Shown here in pieces: positions 39,750-53,050 of a stretch of DNA of 64,000 nucleotides; position 1 is the first letter of the stretch; each line of letters opens with the position of its first letter. Below the pieces are notes generated by a model that saw only the letters and a program-made list of their open reading frames with translations, was not told the DNA's origin and did not search any database. This DNA is from Lama glama. Its lineage: Eukaryota. Location of the stretch: assembly GCA_028534125.1 (NCBI GenBank), contig CM052817.1, forward strand, positions 98,520,001 through 98,584,000, in the 5' to 3' direction. A program made the translations under genes and the position numbers.

Positions 39750-42700
39750 CTATGATTCACAATATTTGACATCCAATCAAAAATGATAAAGCATGCAAAT
39801 AACCGGCCAATATGACCCACAATGAGAAAAAAGAAAACCAAAACAAACCCAGAAATTACATACAAGATAAAATTTGCAGATGAGAATATTAGGATTACTA
39901 CTGTATTCCACATGTTCAAATAGCTAGAGGAAAGACTGAGCATATTAAGTGAAAATCTGTAAGTTATTTAACATTTAAACTCTAGAGATGCAAACCACAA
40001 TGTCTAAGAAAAAATACACTAGATGGGATTAACAGAGATAAACATTGTGAGAAGAGAGATTAGTAAACCTGAAAGCATAGCAGTAGAAATTATCAAAAGT
40101 GAAACACAGAAAGAAAAAAGACTGGGAGAAAAATAAAACATAAGTGAATTGTGTGAATACTTAAAGTGGTCTTAAAACTTATGGATGTTCTGTTAATCAT
40201 CTATTTAATTTAATCCTTGAAAAAGAAGGGGAGGACAGAAAAATACCTGAAGATACAATGTCCAAAAACTTTCCAAATTTGATGAAAACTATACAACCCC
40301 AGATCCAAGAAGCTCAATAAATCCCAAGCTCAAGAAAAATGAACCACAACAAAGTGTTTAAAACCAGTGATAAAGAGAAAAATATTAAAGCAACCAAGGG
40401 AAAAAAAAAATTTCACACACAGTAACAAAAATACAAACTGAACCAACGAAAACCTAAAAGGAACTGGAGCCACATCTTCAAAGTACTGAAAGAAAATAAA
40501 TATTAACCTAGAATTCTAAACCCAGGAAAAACATGTTTCAAAAACAAAAGTATATATCTAGAATAAATAAAATCCTGAACACTGGTATCAAATTCTGGCA
40601 AGGATGGGGAGAAATGGGAATTCTAATACATCACTGGTGGAAACACAAAATGGTACAGCCACTCTGGAAGACAATTTAGCAATTTCTTATAAAACTAAAC
40701 ATACTCTACAATCAAGTAACCATGCTCCTTGGCATTTACTCAAAGGAGCTGAAATCTTATGTCTATAGAAAAATGTGCACAAGGATATTTATAGAAGTTT
40801 TATTCATCAATTCCTTTAAGAGATAATTATTTAAAGCAAATTTCTTTCCTTTTATTGAACTACAGTTGATTTGCAATGTTTCAGGTATACAACAAAGTGA
40901 TTCAATTATACAAGCATGTATCTATCTATCTATATTCTTTTTCAGAAAATTTTCCATCATAGGTTACTAGAAGGTATTGAATATAGTTCCCTATGCCATA
41001 CAGTATGTTCTTGTTGTTTAAAGCAAGATTTAAAGCAAAAGTGCCAAAACTTAGAAGCAATCAACATGTCCTTCAGTAAATGAATGGGTGCCTTTACCTG
41101 TGTGTACATCCCGACAATGGAATATTATTCAGTGCTAAAAAGAAAAAAATCTGTCAGTACATGAAAAGATATAAAGGAACCTTAAATGCATATTACTACT
41201 ATGTGATTCCAACTATATAATATTCTGGAAAAGTCAAAACTGTGGAGATAATAAAAAGATGAGTGGTTAGGGAATGGGAGTGGGAGGATATGAAGAAGCA
41301 GAGCACAGAGAATGTTTTAGGGCAGTGAAAATACTCTGTATGACATTATAATAATAAATACATGTCATTATACATTTTTCCAAATCCAGAGAGTGTACAA
41401 TACCAAGAGTGAACTCTAAGATAAACTATGGACTTTGGGTGATTATCAGGTGTCAATGTAGGTTCATCCTAGGTTTAAAAAAAAAAAAGTACCATTTCAG
41501 TGAATGATGGTGATAATGTCAGAAGTCTATGCATGTCTGGGTGCAGGAGGTATATGGGAAATCTCTGTCCCTTCCTCTCAATTTTACTGTAAACCTAAAA
41601 CTTCTCTCACAAAAATAAAGCCTTTAAAAAAAAAGATATGACTTACTAATGGCCAATAAGCACAGCAAAATATGATCAACACCATTAGTCATAGAGTAAT
41701 CCATATCAAAACTATAATGAGATACCACTTCACACACACTAGAATGGCTAACAATCAAAAAGGCAGACAATATCAAGTGTTGACAAGGATCTGAAGAAAT
41801 AGGAACACTTACACACTGCAATGGAAATGAAAAATAGTGTATACCCACTTTGGAAAATAGTTTATAATTTCTGAAAATGTTAAATATAGAATAACCATAT
41901 GACCCAGCAATTCAGCTCTGAGGTATCTATCCAGGAGAAATGAAAACATGCTCACACAAAGACTTATGTGTAAATGTTCAGGACAGAATTATTCACACTA
42001 ATCAAAAAGTGGAAACAATCCAAATGTTTATCATCTGATGAATAGATTTAAAAAATGTGTTTATACCCATACAATGGAATTCTATTTGTAGATAAAAAGG
42101 AACGAAGTACCAATATTTGACACAATATGGAAGAATGTCAAAAAACACAATGCTTAGTCAAAGAAGCAAGACACAAATGAACATATATTATATGATTCCA
42201 GCTATTGAAATGCCCACAAAAAGCAAAACTAGACTGACAGAAAATAGATTAGTGATAGCACATAACTGGGGGCAAGAATGAGGAGTGACTACAAATGGCA
42301 TGAGATTTCTTTCTGGGTAAAGGAAAGGTTCTAAATGTAAATAGTGAGGATGGTTGCACAACTCTGTAAATACACTAAAAAATCATTGAATTCTATATTA
42401 AATTCATGGTATATTAATTGAAACTTACTAAATCAGTTTAAAAAATACAAAAGTGAAATAAAGACCTTTTCAGACATATAAACACAGAAATAATTTATCA
42501 CCAGAAAGCCTGCACTATAATAAATGTTGAAGTAAGGCCATCAGGCACCTGGGAAATGATAATACACAGAAATCTGGACCCAAATAAAGGAATTAAGAGC
42601 ACAAAAAATGGTAAATGTGTGGTTAAATGTAAAAGACTGTTCAATCATTACTTAAATCCCTTTAAAAGATAATTATTTAAAACAAAAATAATAATATATT

Positions 42701-43200
42701 GTGGCATATATAATGTAAGTAAAATTTATGGTAAGAGCGCAAAGTCCATGAGAAGATAAGTGTAAGAAAATTTGTAAGTTATCTATTTTATTCATTAAGT
42801 AGTATAATGTCATTTAAAGGTAGAATGTGTTATGATAAAGGTTAAACTGAAAGCAATCATTACAATAATGCAACAAAGAATTATAGCTGATAAACCAATA
42901 AAGGAGTAAAATGGAATAAAAAACAATTAATCCAAAACACTTTGTTGTAGAAACAAAGGAAAAAAAGAACAAAAATAGATGGAAAAAATAGAAAACCAAG
43001 AGAAAATAGCTTTAAATTTATCATATCAATAATAACATTAACTGTAAATGGAAAAAATACCCCCAATTTAAGGGCAGAGATTGACTGTCTTATTGAATGA
43101 AAAGCAAGATCAACTATATGCTATATATATGAAATCCATTTAAAATATAAAGAGATTAGAAGGAAGAGAATGGGAAAAGTATGCTATGCTAACACTATTC
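39750..43200 (+). mobile_element. Old L1 ORF1/ORF2-start split by two further L1 3' ends (about 40570-41625 and 41630-42440); small minus-strand L1 3' piece at about 40850-41020
   Basis: ORF1-like sequence stops at acaaaagt (~40551) and resumes at acaaaagtgaaataaagac (~42447). Confidence 0.8.
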
Positions 43201-43204
43201 AATT

Positions 43205-46200
43205 TTATAGACCAGGAGGGAGCTGCATGACACGTTCAAAGTGCTGAAAGAAAAAAATTTCCAACCAAAAACTCTCTGCACAGCAAGTTTATCATTTAGA
43301 ATTGAAGGAGAGATCAAGAGTTTTCCAGATAAGCAAAAGCTAAAGAAGTTCCTCCTCACTACACCATCCTTACAAGAAATGTAAAGGGATTTCTTTAAGC
43401 TGCAAAATGGCACTAATTAAAATTAAAAATCATACAAAACTAACACTCTCACTGGAAAAGTAAATATATAATAAAGGTAGTAGATCAATCACTTATAAAG
43501 TAAGCATAAACAATAAAGTCAAAACTAATAAAATTAACCAAAATTGCCATAATTAGTTAAGGGCTGCACAAAATAAAGATGTAAAATGTGTCATCAAAAG
43601 TGTAAAGTGTAGGGTAGGAGAGATAAAGCTTTGTAATGTTCTCAAACTTAAGCTGTTACCAAATTAAAATAGACTGCTATTTACAAATGTGAACTTCATG
43701 GTAACCACAAAGAAAAAAACCTCAGGGTAAATACACAAAAGAAACTGAGAAGGAAACTAATCATAATACTAAATACATAATACTAAATACTAAAGAAAAC
43801 CAACAAAACACAAAGGAAAGGGAAAGCGAAGAAAGGAACAAAGAGGAACTACAAAACAGCCAGAAAACAATTAACACAATAGCAATAAGTACATACCTAT
43901 CAACAATTACTCTAAATGTAAATGGACTAAATTCACTAACCAAAAGACTAGATAAATGGATGTGGTTGAATGGATTTTTAAAAAAGAAAAAAAAAGACCC
44001 ACCTAAATGCTACCTACAAGAGACTCACTTCAGAAGAAAGGACATGCACAAATTGAAAGTGAAGGAATGAAAAAAGATAATCTATGAATGGGCCGGTGGG
44101 GAGCTAGAGTAGCTATATTCACTTCAGATAAAATAAACTTTAAAACAAAGACTGTAATAAAAGACAAAGAAAGAAAGGCACTAGAGAATGATAAATGGGT
44201 TAATCCAGCAAGAAGATGTAACATGTAGAAATATATATGCACCCAAGAGAGAAGCACCAAGATATATAAAGCAAATATTAATGGTCTTAAAGTGAGAAAC
44301 TAAAAGCAATACAATACTAGTTAGGTACTTTAATTCCCAATTTACACCAATGTACAGACTATCCAGATGGAAAATCAATAAGGAAATATTAGACTTAAAT
44401 GACACATTAGATCAGATGAATTTAATAGATATATACAAGATATATACACATTCTTTTCAAGAGCACATGGAACTGACTCCAAAATAGATTACTTGCTAGG
44501 TCACAAAACAAGTCTCAATAAATTTAAGAAGACTGAAATCATATCAAGCATCTTCTCCAATCACAATGGCATGAAACTAGAAATCAAACACAAGGAAAAA
44601 AAAAAACAACAGAAAAACCCACAAAAAGTGGAGATTAAATAGCATGCTATTGAATAACAAATGAGTCATAGAAGAAATCAAAAAATGCCTAAGAACAAAT
44701 GAAAACAGAAACATAATATATCAAAATCTATGGGATGCAGCAAAAGCAGTTCTAAGAAGATAGTTCATAATAATATAAGCTTACCACAATAAACAAGAAA
44801 AAAAAACAAATGAATAATGTACACCCAAAGAAACTAAAATAAGATAAAATAAACCCCAAATTAGCAGGAAGGAAATGATAAACATCAGAAGAAATAAATA
44901 ACAACTAAAAATAGAAAATATCAAAGTATCTAAGAGCTGGTTCTTTGAAAAGATAAAAATCAACAAACCTTTAGCTAGACTAATCCAAAAAAGAGAGTGA
45001 GAGAGAGGACTCAACTAAACAAAATCAGAAATGAAAGAGAAGTTAGAACTGATACCACAGAAATATGAAGGAACAAAGATACTACTACAAACAAATATAT
45101 GCCAACAGATTGAACAACCTATACTCCTAGAAACATACAATCTTCCAAAACTGAATCAAGAAGAAATAAAAAATTTGAAAGACCAATTAACAATAAGGGT
45201 ATCAAAATGTTCCCCCTCAAAAAAAAAAAAAAAACAAAAGCCCAGAGCCAGATGGCTTCATTGGCAAATTCTACAAAACATTAAAATATGATTTAATACC
45301 TATCCTTCGCAAAATCTTCCAAAAATTGAAGAGGCGAGAAACCTTCCAAACACATTTTACAAAACCAGCATTATCCAAATACCAAAACCAGACAAGGATA
45401 TCACAAAAAAAAAAAAAAGTAAATTACAGGCCGATATCCTTGAGGAACATAGATGTAAAAATCCTTAACAAAATATTAACAAAATAAATCCAACAATATA
45501 TTGGGATTTATTCCAGGGATGCAAGAATGGTTCAATACCCATAAATCAATCAATGTGATACAACATATTAACACAATAAAGAATAAAAATCATATGATCA
45601 TCTCAACAGATACAGAAAAGCATCTGACAAAATTCAACATACATTTATGATAAAAACTCTCAACAAGGTGGGTATAGAGGGAACATACCTTAACATAGAA
45701 AAGGCTATATATTGCAAACCCACAGCTAACATCATACTCAGCAGCAAAAAGCTGAACACTTTTCCTTTAAGATCAGAGACAAGATAAGGATGCCCAGTCT
45801 CACCACTTTTATTCAATATAGTATTGGAGGTACTAGCCACAGCAATTAGGCAAGGAAAAGAAATAAAAGGCATCCAAATCAGAAAGATGGAAAACTAGCA
45901 CTACTTGCAGATGACATGATACCCTAAAGACTCTACAAAAAAACTGTCAGAACTAATTAATGAATTCAGTCAAATCACAGGATACAAAACAATACACAGA
46001 AATCTGTGTCATTTCTATACACTGATAACAAAGTAACAGAAAGAGAAATTAAGAAAACAATCTCATTTACAACTGCATCAAAAAGAACAAAATACCTAGG
46101 AATAAAGTTAACCAAGTAGATAAAAGACCTGTACATTAATAACTATAAGAAATTAATGAAAGGAATTGAAGAAGACACAGACAAATGGAAAGATATTCTA

Positions 46201-47810
46201 TGTTCATGGACTGGAAGCATTAACATTGTTAAAATGACCATAATACCCAAAGCAATCTACAGATTCAATGTAATTTCTAACAAATTTCCAGTGGCATATT
46301 TCACAGACCTAGAACAAATAATTCTAAAACTTATATGGAAATATAAAAAATCCCGAACAGCCAAAACAATCTTAAGAAAGAACAAAAAAGCTGGGCATAT
46401 CATGTGCCCTGATTTCAAACTATACTACAAAGCTACAGTAATCCAAACAGTATGGTACTGGCACCAAAAAAAAGACACACAGATCAATGGAACAGAACTG
46501 ACAGCCCAGAAATAAACTCACAGATATATGGATAATCAATTTATGACAAAAGAGCAAAGAACATACATGAAGAAGAGTAGTCTTTTCAATAAATGGTGTT
46601 GGGAAAACTGGATAGCCACATGCAAAAGAATGAAACTAGACCTTTATCTTATACCATACACAAAATTAACTCAAGTCAGACTGGAATGTAAGACCTAAAA
46701 CCATAAAATTCCTAGAAGAAAACAGGTGGTAACCTCATTGACATTGGTCTTAGTGACGTCTTTGTAGATCTGACTCCAAATACAAGGGAAACAAAAGCAA
46801 AAATAAACAAATGGGACTATATCAAACTAAACAGCTTCAGCACAGCAAAGGAAACCATCATAAAAAAGAAAAGACAACCAGCTGAATGGGAGAAGATGTT
46901 TCCAAATCATATATCCAATAAGGGGTTAATATCCAAAATATATAAAAACTCATACAACTCAACAACAATAAAACAAACAACCCAACTAAAAATGAGCAGA
47001 GGATCTGAACATTTTTTGAAAGAAGACATACAGATAGCCAAAAGACACATGAAAAGATGTTCAACATCACTAATTATTAGGCAAATCCAATTCAAAACCA
47101 CAATGTGGTATCACTTCATACCTTTAGAATGACTATCTTTGAAAAGACAAAAAAATGTTTGTGACAATGTGGAGGGAAAAAACCCTCATACAGTGTTGGT
47201 GAGATTGTAAATTGGCACAGCCACTATGGAAAACAGTATGGAGGAGCCTTAAAAAATTAATACTAGAACCACCATATGACCCAGCTATTCCACTTTAGGT
47301 ATTTATTCAAAAACCACAAAAACACTAATTTGAAAAAAAAATGCACCTCTGTGTTTATTGCACCACTATTTACAATAGCTAAGATATGGAAACAACCTAA
47401 GTGTCCATCAATGAATAAATATATAAAGAATGTGTGTTATATACACACAATGGAATATTACTCAGTCATAGAAAGGAGTGAAATCCTATCATTTGTGACA
47501 ACATAGATGGACTCTGAAAGTATTATGCTAAGTGAAATAAGTCAAACAGAGAAAAACAAATACTGTATGTTTCCTTTGAATGTATAATCTGAAGAAGCAA
47601 AACAGACAACAAAAAAAATAAAATAGAAAACAAACTCATCAATACAGAGATCAGATTAGTGGTTACCAGAGAAGCAAGGGGTTGGGGCTGGATGAAATAC
47701 ATCAAGGAGTTCAACTATGGTGACGGATGGTAACTAGACTTGCGGTTATCACTTTGTAATGTATATAGATGTCAAAGTATAATGCCATACACCTGAAATT
47801 TATATAATGA
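43205..47810 (+). mobile_element. 4.6-kb 5'-truncated, degenerate L1 (ORF1 C-terminus, ORF2, 3' UTR)
   Basis: ORF2p fragments in the track (45031-45291, 46156-46515 [29 protein letters not shown], 46896-47132); RT motif region cttgcagatgacatgat; many stops. Confidence 0.95.
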
Positions 47811-47959
47811 ATTTTCTTAAACAAAGCATTTGCATTTGCAGCCTGGCCTCTTATCTAAGGACAGCATTTTAATTTTTTTAGTATTAAGAACAATAAGATA
47901 AATGATAGCAGCCAAGCAGAAACAACAAAAACTTAATAATGCTCAAATAATGAAATAAC

Positions 47960-48255
47960 TTGTAAGGAAAAAAAAGAGAGAAGATACAATTGATCATTAT
48001 CAGGATTGAAGGAGGTGATATCAGTAAAGTTTCTACAGAAATTTAAAGAATAATAAGATAATATTAATAAAACTTTATGTCAATAAATAAGGCAATTTAG
48101 TTGAAATGGATAAATTCCTTGAAAGACACAAACTATTAAAGCTCATTCAAGAAAAAAATAGTAAATGAATGGCAAAGAAGTCTATTAAATAAGTCAGATT
48201 TGTAGTTTAAAATCTCCCCAAAACAAAACTCCTGGTCCAGATGGCTTCACTGGTA
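47960..48255 (+). mobile_element. Old L1 ORF2 fragment
   Basis: gaaatggataaattccttgaaagacacaaacta…ggtccagatggcttcactggt. Confidence 0.8.
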
Positions 48256-49331
48256 GGGTATGTGAATACCAGAAGGTCAGGATAAATGGGGACCATCCTA
48301 GAGGCTGTCTGTCAGAAATGGTATATATATATGATCCCATTTTAATAAAATTATTTCCATCTGAGAATCTGCCACTCACTTGATCTGGCTATCCATCATC
48401 TGTAATGTAGAGAATGTTCATTTAATAATTGAGGCTATTTCTGAGTGGGAATTTGGAGCAGTTTTCAGCTTTCTTCTTTATAACTTAAGATAGAATGGGT
48501 CTGTATCATTTTTTTGTAAAACATCCTGTTAGAATAATCAAATCACTAATCTTTTACAAAATAATACTGAAGACCCAAGTCAGTATAATGTCATGGAGTC
48601 AATGAACAAAAGTATTTCAAGAAAGAATATGCGATCAACAGTGATAGATTCAACAGAAAGCTTAAAAAGCAAGAAAGCTGAGAACAGGTCATTTGGTTTA
48701 GTAATTCAGTGCAGCTTTTACAAATTGGAGATAAAGAAGCAAGATTACAGGGTGTTAAGCAGTGAGTGGTGAGGCAGTGGAAAAAATGGTTTAAAACCAT
48801 TTTTTTTTGAGAAATTAGGCTCTGAAAGGATGGTATCTATACCACAGTGTAGCTGTGGGAGGAACTGGAAAATTGCTACAATCCTACTCTTAAACAAAAA
48901 AATAACTGGGACCCCTATGGAAAGTCATCTAATCAGTTCATGTAAGTGTTAGAAAATATCAATGGAAAGAGTAAAATCAGACAACATCCACCAAAGGACG
49001 GAATGAATTTCTGCCCCTATGTAGGGGGCTGGAGACAATATCAGATAGAAGACAATTTTAGCTTCAAGTAGGATTACACTTGTCCAGAAAGTAAGGAAAG
49101 TTTTTTTTTCTTTTTTTCCCATACAAAGTAAAACTGCTACAAAGGACAAGAAAAAAGACATCTTAAAAGCAGTCAATTAAATGTAGAGAACAACATGATC
49201 AAATTAGCCTTACTATATCATTAAGATTGTATATTCTTTACAAGAGTGCTTTACATACATTACCCAAATAACTAAAATATGCCTTTCAAAATCTATTTAT
49301 AGAATTTCAAATAGTTCTTTAAATATGTTAC

Positions 49332-49418
49332 TGTCGATGCAATGGAAATCACATAACCCACCACATTGTTAAGAGTGATTATCCTCTGGTTTCACTTCTT
49401 TTGGAGCAGGGAGGTTCA
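49332..49418 (-). pseudogene. Pseudo-exon, 87 nt: VNLPAPKEVKPEDNHS*QCGGLCDFHCID
   Basis: Acceptor tttcctggtttaaaag, donor gtaaca; continues the frame of the previous exon. Confidence 0.4.
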
Positions 49419-49690
49419 CTTTTAAACCAGGAAATCAGTAAGCTGATTTCAGCAAATATAAAAATTCTCAGGTGTATCATATTAAAATTCATGTCCTATA
49501 GACATTTTTAAGATGACTTTTAAATTGCCAAGCTATATTTAGACTCCTTTAAAAAAAAAAAGGCTCCTGAATGACTGATAAATTTATATTATTTATCAAG
49601 AAAATATCCACTGTCATCTTATCATTTATCTACTTGACTAAATCAGAATTTACCAATTGCATTTTCCCTAAGGAAATTTTTCAATGTAAC

Positions 49691-49928
49691 CAAAAGTTGG
49701 AGCTGAATTGAAAAAAGGCAGATGATTCCAATGGTTCCATGTTTTCTGTCTACTTAGTTTTTCTGCTGGAAACTGAATAAAGAGAAACAAATGAATCCTT
49801 TGAGTTTTCTTATTATATTTCATATTTTTCACTGACAAACCTTGCATGTAGTCCTTGGGTGCTTAGCTCTAAACTGACATATGTCCTCAGTATATTTATC
49901 TGGGTTCATGCCCTTAGTATAGCCAGTT
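49691..49928 (-). pseudogene. Two pseudo-exons (49841-49928, 49691-49772) joining open: TGYTKGMNPDKYTEDICQFRAKHPRTTCK|FPAEKLSRQKTWNHWNHLPFFNSAPTF
   Basis: 68-nt intron gtttgt…ctctttattcag; 56 codons with no stop; first acceptor appears mutated (tttaa). Confidence 0.55.
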
Positions 49929-50419
49929 TTAAAATACAAAGATAACACAAGTATCAGTAACTACATTTCTTCATTAAAGAGCTGGCTATAGTGATTAGCA
50001 TTTTAGTCAGTAGATCATAATACATGGTTTTCTGGTAACTTATTCTTCTCAGGCAAGTATCTGCTCAAATTTCCCAATCCTGTGTCACAGAAAAGGACAA
50101 GAATTCAGATCAAGAGATAAACATATTAATTACATATGAATATTGAAAAGTCCTTTTTCACTAAAAAGCAAATTATGCTACTGTAAAAACCCATGGATTA
50201 AAAAAAAAAAACTCTCATTAAAACAATAAGGCGCTTTGTATCAATTATCCCTAGGTCACTATGTTACCTCAAATTAACTATACTTAGAGTGTCATTTTAA
50301 TCATTTAGAAAATATATAATTTGATATTGAAATTTAATTTTTATTTCACCCTCTATCACTGTTTAAATATTCAGCATTTACTAATTTTGTATTGCTGCCT
50401 TCCATAAACAAAGAAAATT

Positions 50420-50900
50420 GAATCTCTTTCTGTAGCAAGTTGCAGAGAGTAAAGTAAAACTTGAGCTCAACCAAAGGAGAATGTATAGGCTCATGCAATT
50501 AAAAAGTCCTAAGTACTTCAATTTAAAAAAATAAAAATAAAAAGTCCAAAATAAAACATTTCAGGACTCATCATCATCAGGACTCATTTTTCTCTTTTCA
50601 CCTCTCAGCCCTTATTGATGTTGGCAAGCTCCCAATATACAATGAAAAGATGGCTTCCAACAGTTCTAGGCTTACATTGTCAGAACTCAGTGTACTCTGA
50701 TTGCTTTAGTTCTAGCAAAGGTCTATGGATAAATCAACATTGGCTCTAAAGGCCCTGGCTATGCCACATGTCTATCTGGGAACAAATCACAATATTCTCA
50801 TTGGTCAGGAGTGGGTTAGGACCTCCCTTGGAGATATACGCAAATCACATGGACTGAAAACAGATGACATGTAGTTCTCTAAGAAACATGGTAGAAACCT
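50420..50900 (-). mobile_element. Old MaLR LTR (MLT1K/L-like)
   Basis: ggctcatgcaattaaaaagtcc…aagatggcttccaacagttctaggcttacat. Confidence 0.5.
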
Positions 50901-50994
50901 TACTAAGAAAACAATTTTTTTAAAATATTTGGTACCAGAAACTTTGATTTTTCACTAACCAAGACTAATAGCTACTTCATATACAGATCAAACT

Positions 50995-51158
50995 AAGGCC
51001 TCGACACAAACATTGTGATATTTATGTCTTTTGATTTGGGGCTGTCTGGAATTTATGTGCTAAAATACCCATCAGAGACTACTATGTTCCTATATGATAA
51101 AATTTGTCAGAAGAAATCAGGTTCCTTACTAAAACATTCTGTGTTCAACATTGTTAAC
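50995..51158 (-). pseudogene. Pseudo-exon: LTMLNTECFSKEPDFF*QILSYRNIVVSDGYFST*IPDSPKSKDINITMFVSRP
   Basis: Acceptor ttttacctccttcag; two stops in about 54 codons; donor uncertain. Confidence 0.4.
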
Positions 51159-52899
51159 CTGAAGGAGGTAAAAGCAAAAAGAAAAAAACATGTTCATATT
51201 CACACCTATTTGCTGCACCAGCCAAATGAGTCAAATTTGTGGCAGATATAAACAGTATCTAATACAAGCAAGAACTGAAATAAAATGAGTAAACAAAAAC
51301 AAATATTACTTTTTGTAATTCAACTAAAAAGTTGAGTTGAGGAAGAGGTCTGCTATTATGATGACTCACTCCTTCATTCTTCTAATTCTTACATCTGAGA
51401 CCTCTTTTCCCCACCTGAGACCTCTTTTCCCCTCAACTACAAGCTCAGTTCTGCACCTGAAGAATTTAAGCACCCCAAATCAGTAATTATGTCTGATTTA
51501 GACTTGCTGTTGGCCCCGTACTGACTTTGTTCCCTGAATCTAATAACTGGATTCTTGCTGCATTCCTTAAAATAAAAACCCCACTAGTATTGCAGTTCTA
51601 AGGTTTCCTTGTTCCTGAGCTTCTTTTTCTGTATGACCCCAACCTTAAATCACCTACACTTCACTTATTCAAACTTCCAATAAAGTTTTATTGAGCAGCT
51701 GATAGTTTCTACATGGATGTAGACATCATCATTGTCCTCATGTTTCCTATTCCCAGACTCCCCTGTCCCCATGCTTTCCCCACCCACTCAGGTGAGAGTG
51801 GCTTACCAGGATCCCTCCTAACACTTCCAATGTCTGGAGTCAGAAAGACTTCAAATTCTATCGCCCCACTTTACAATTCCATGTAACTTTGGGCTGGTTA
51901 CCCAATCTCTTAAATCTTACTTTATATTTATAATAGAAATAATAATAACCTAACCATACCATAGCTTAATTGGGGAGAGTAAAAAAAATCACATAGAAGG
52001 CAAACATAAGTGTACACTACTATTCAAATATACAATTTATATTTGGAAAGGTGAATGATGCTTTGAATAAATGAGAGTCCTGTCAATAAAATCACTTAAG
52101 TATAACCTCCGCAATGGATCAGGTACCATAAAAGGATAAACTTGAATAAAAAGTGTTCTCTGATGCACGAAACCCTGAAGTGTTAGTGAAATGAATTTAA
52201 CTCATCTGATATAACTCATGGCAGTAATTAGAGAATGGTAATCTGGTCCCTAAATTAAGGAATGAATTAAAGAATAAGCGGGAGGGTCCTTGCATAACTA
52301 AGGATGAAACTCTTCCTAAAACATAGGCTAAAATCATAATAAAATATCAAAAGTGACTGTGAAACTACACAGCCCAGCAACTATAAGCTCCACTCTGAGA
52401 CAACCCAGAGATCAGGCCACAAGCCAAGGAAAAACATACACTCATGCACACCCACTTTCTTCTAAGCATCAATTAAACAGACACCAAATGTAGCTCTTAC
52501 ACATTTATGGTAATAAATTCTAATGACATGAGGTAACTCAATCATCCAATTTTAATGGTCTTTATCTTAGAAATTTATCAGTCCGGTATCAACATGAAGA
52601 CAAATATTATGACTTTATATTCCTTAATATTATCTTATATGTTAGATCATTGACTTCATTTTAGAAAGAGCAATGGTTATTTTCAATAATCAAACCTTCT
52701 GTAATTAAAAAGCAAAGCCATATAAAGTACAAGGAATTTTATTCAGGCACCAAAATTTCAATACAAGGATTAATAATAAGATTTATGCTTTATATTTCAT
52801 TACACATAAATAGCTTTTGTAGGTAATGCTATTTATTGACTACATTTTATTAGTCTTTTGGGTTTTTTCTCCATCTTTCTTTTATTGACTCTAATTATC

Positions 52900-53050
52900 C
52901 TCCTTTTTATCTATAAAAAAATTTAATGTGCATTCTGCAGTGATGCTATTGAATGGCTGAGAATTCTTAACAGTCATTGCACACCAGAAACATAACCATA
53001 CTTCATATGATGTCCTTATTTTACACCATAGGGATGTTTAGATTAAGAGC
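52900..53050 (-). pseudogene. Pseudo-exon with degenerate FYVE-like motif: ALNLNIPMV*NKDII*SMVMFLVCNDC*EFSAIQ*HHCRMHIKFFYR
   Basis: Acceptor ttcttattctattatag; CxxC…F…HHCR in the phase-0 frame (HHCR at 52934-52945); donor not located. Confidence 0.55.

Noticed and set aside
43205..47810. Active L1
   Set aside because: 5'-truncated with many stops, frameshifts and small deletions
51395..51432. 18-bp tandem duplication ctgagacctcttttcccc (similar short ones near 25140 and 63880-63950)
   Set aside because: Two-copy slippage duplications, not arrays; no CRISPR-like repeat-spacer structure anywhere in the window
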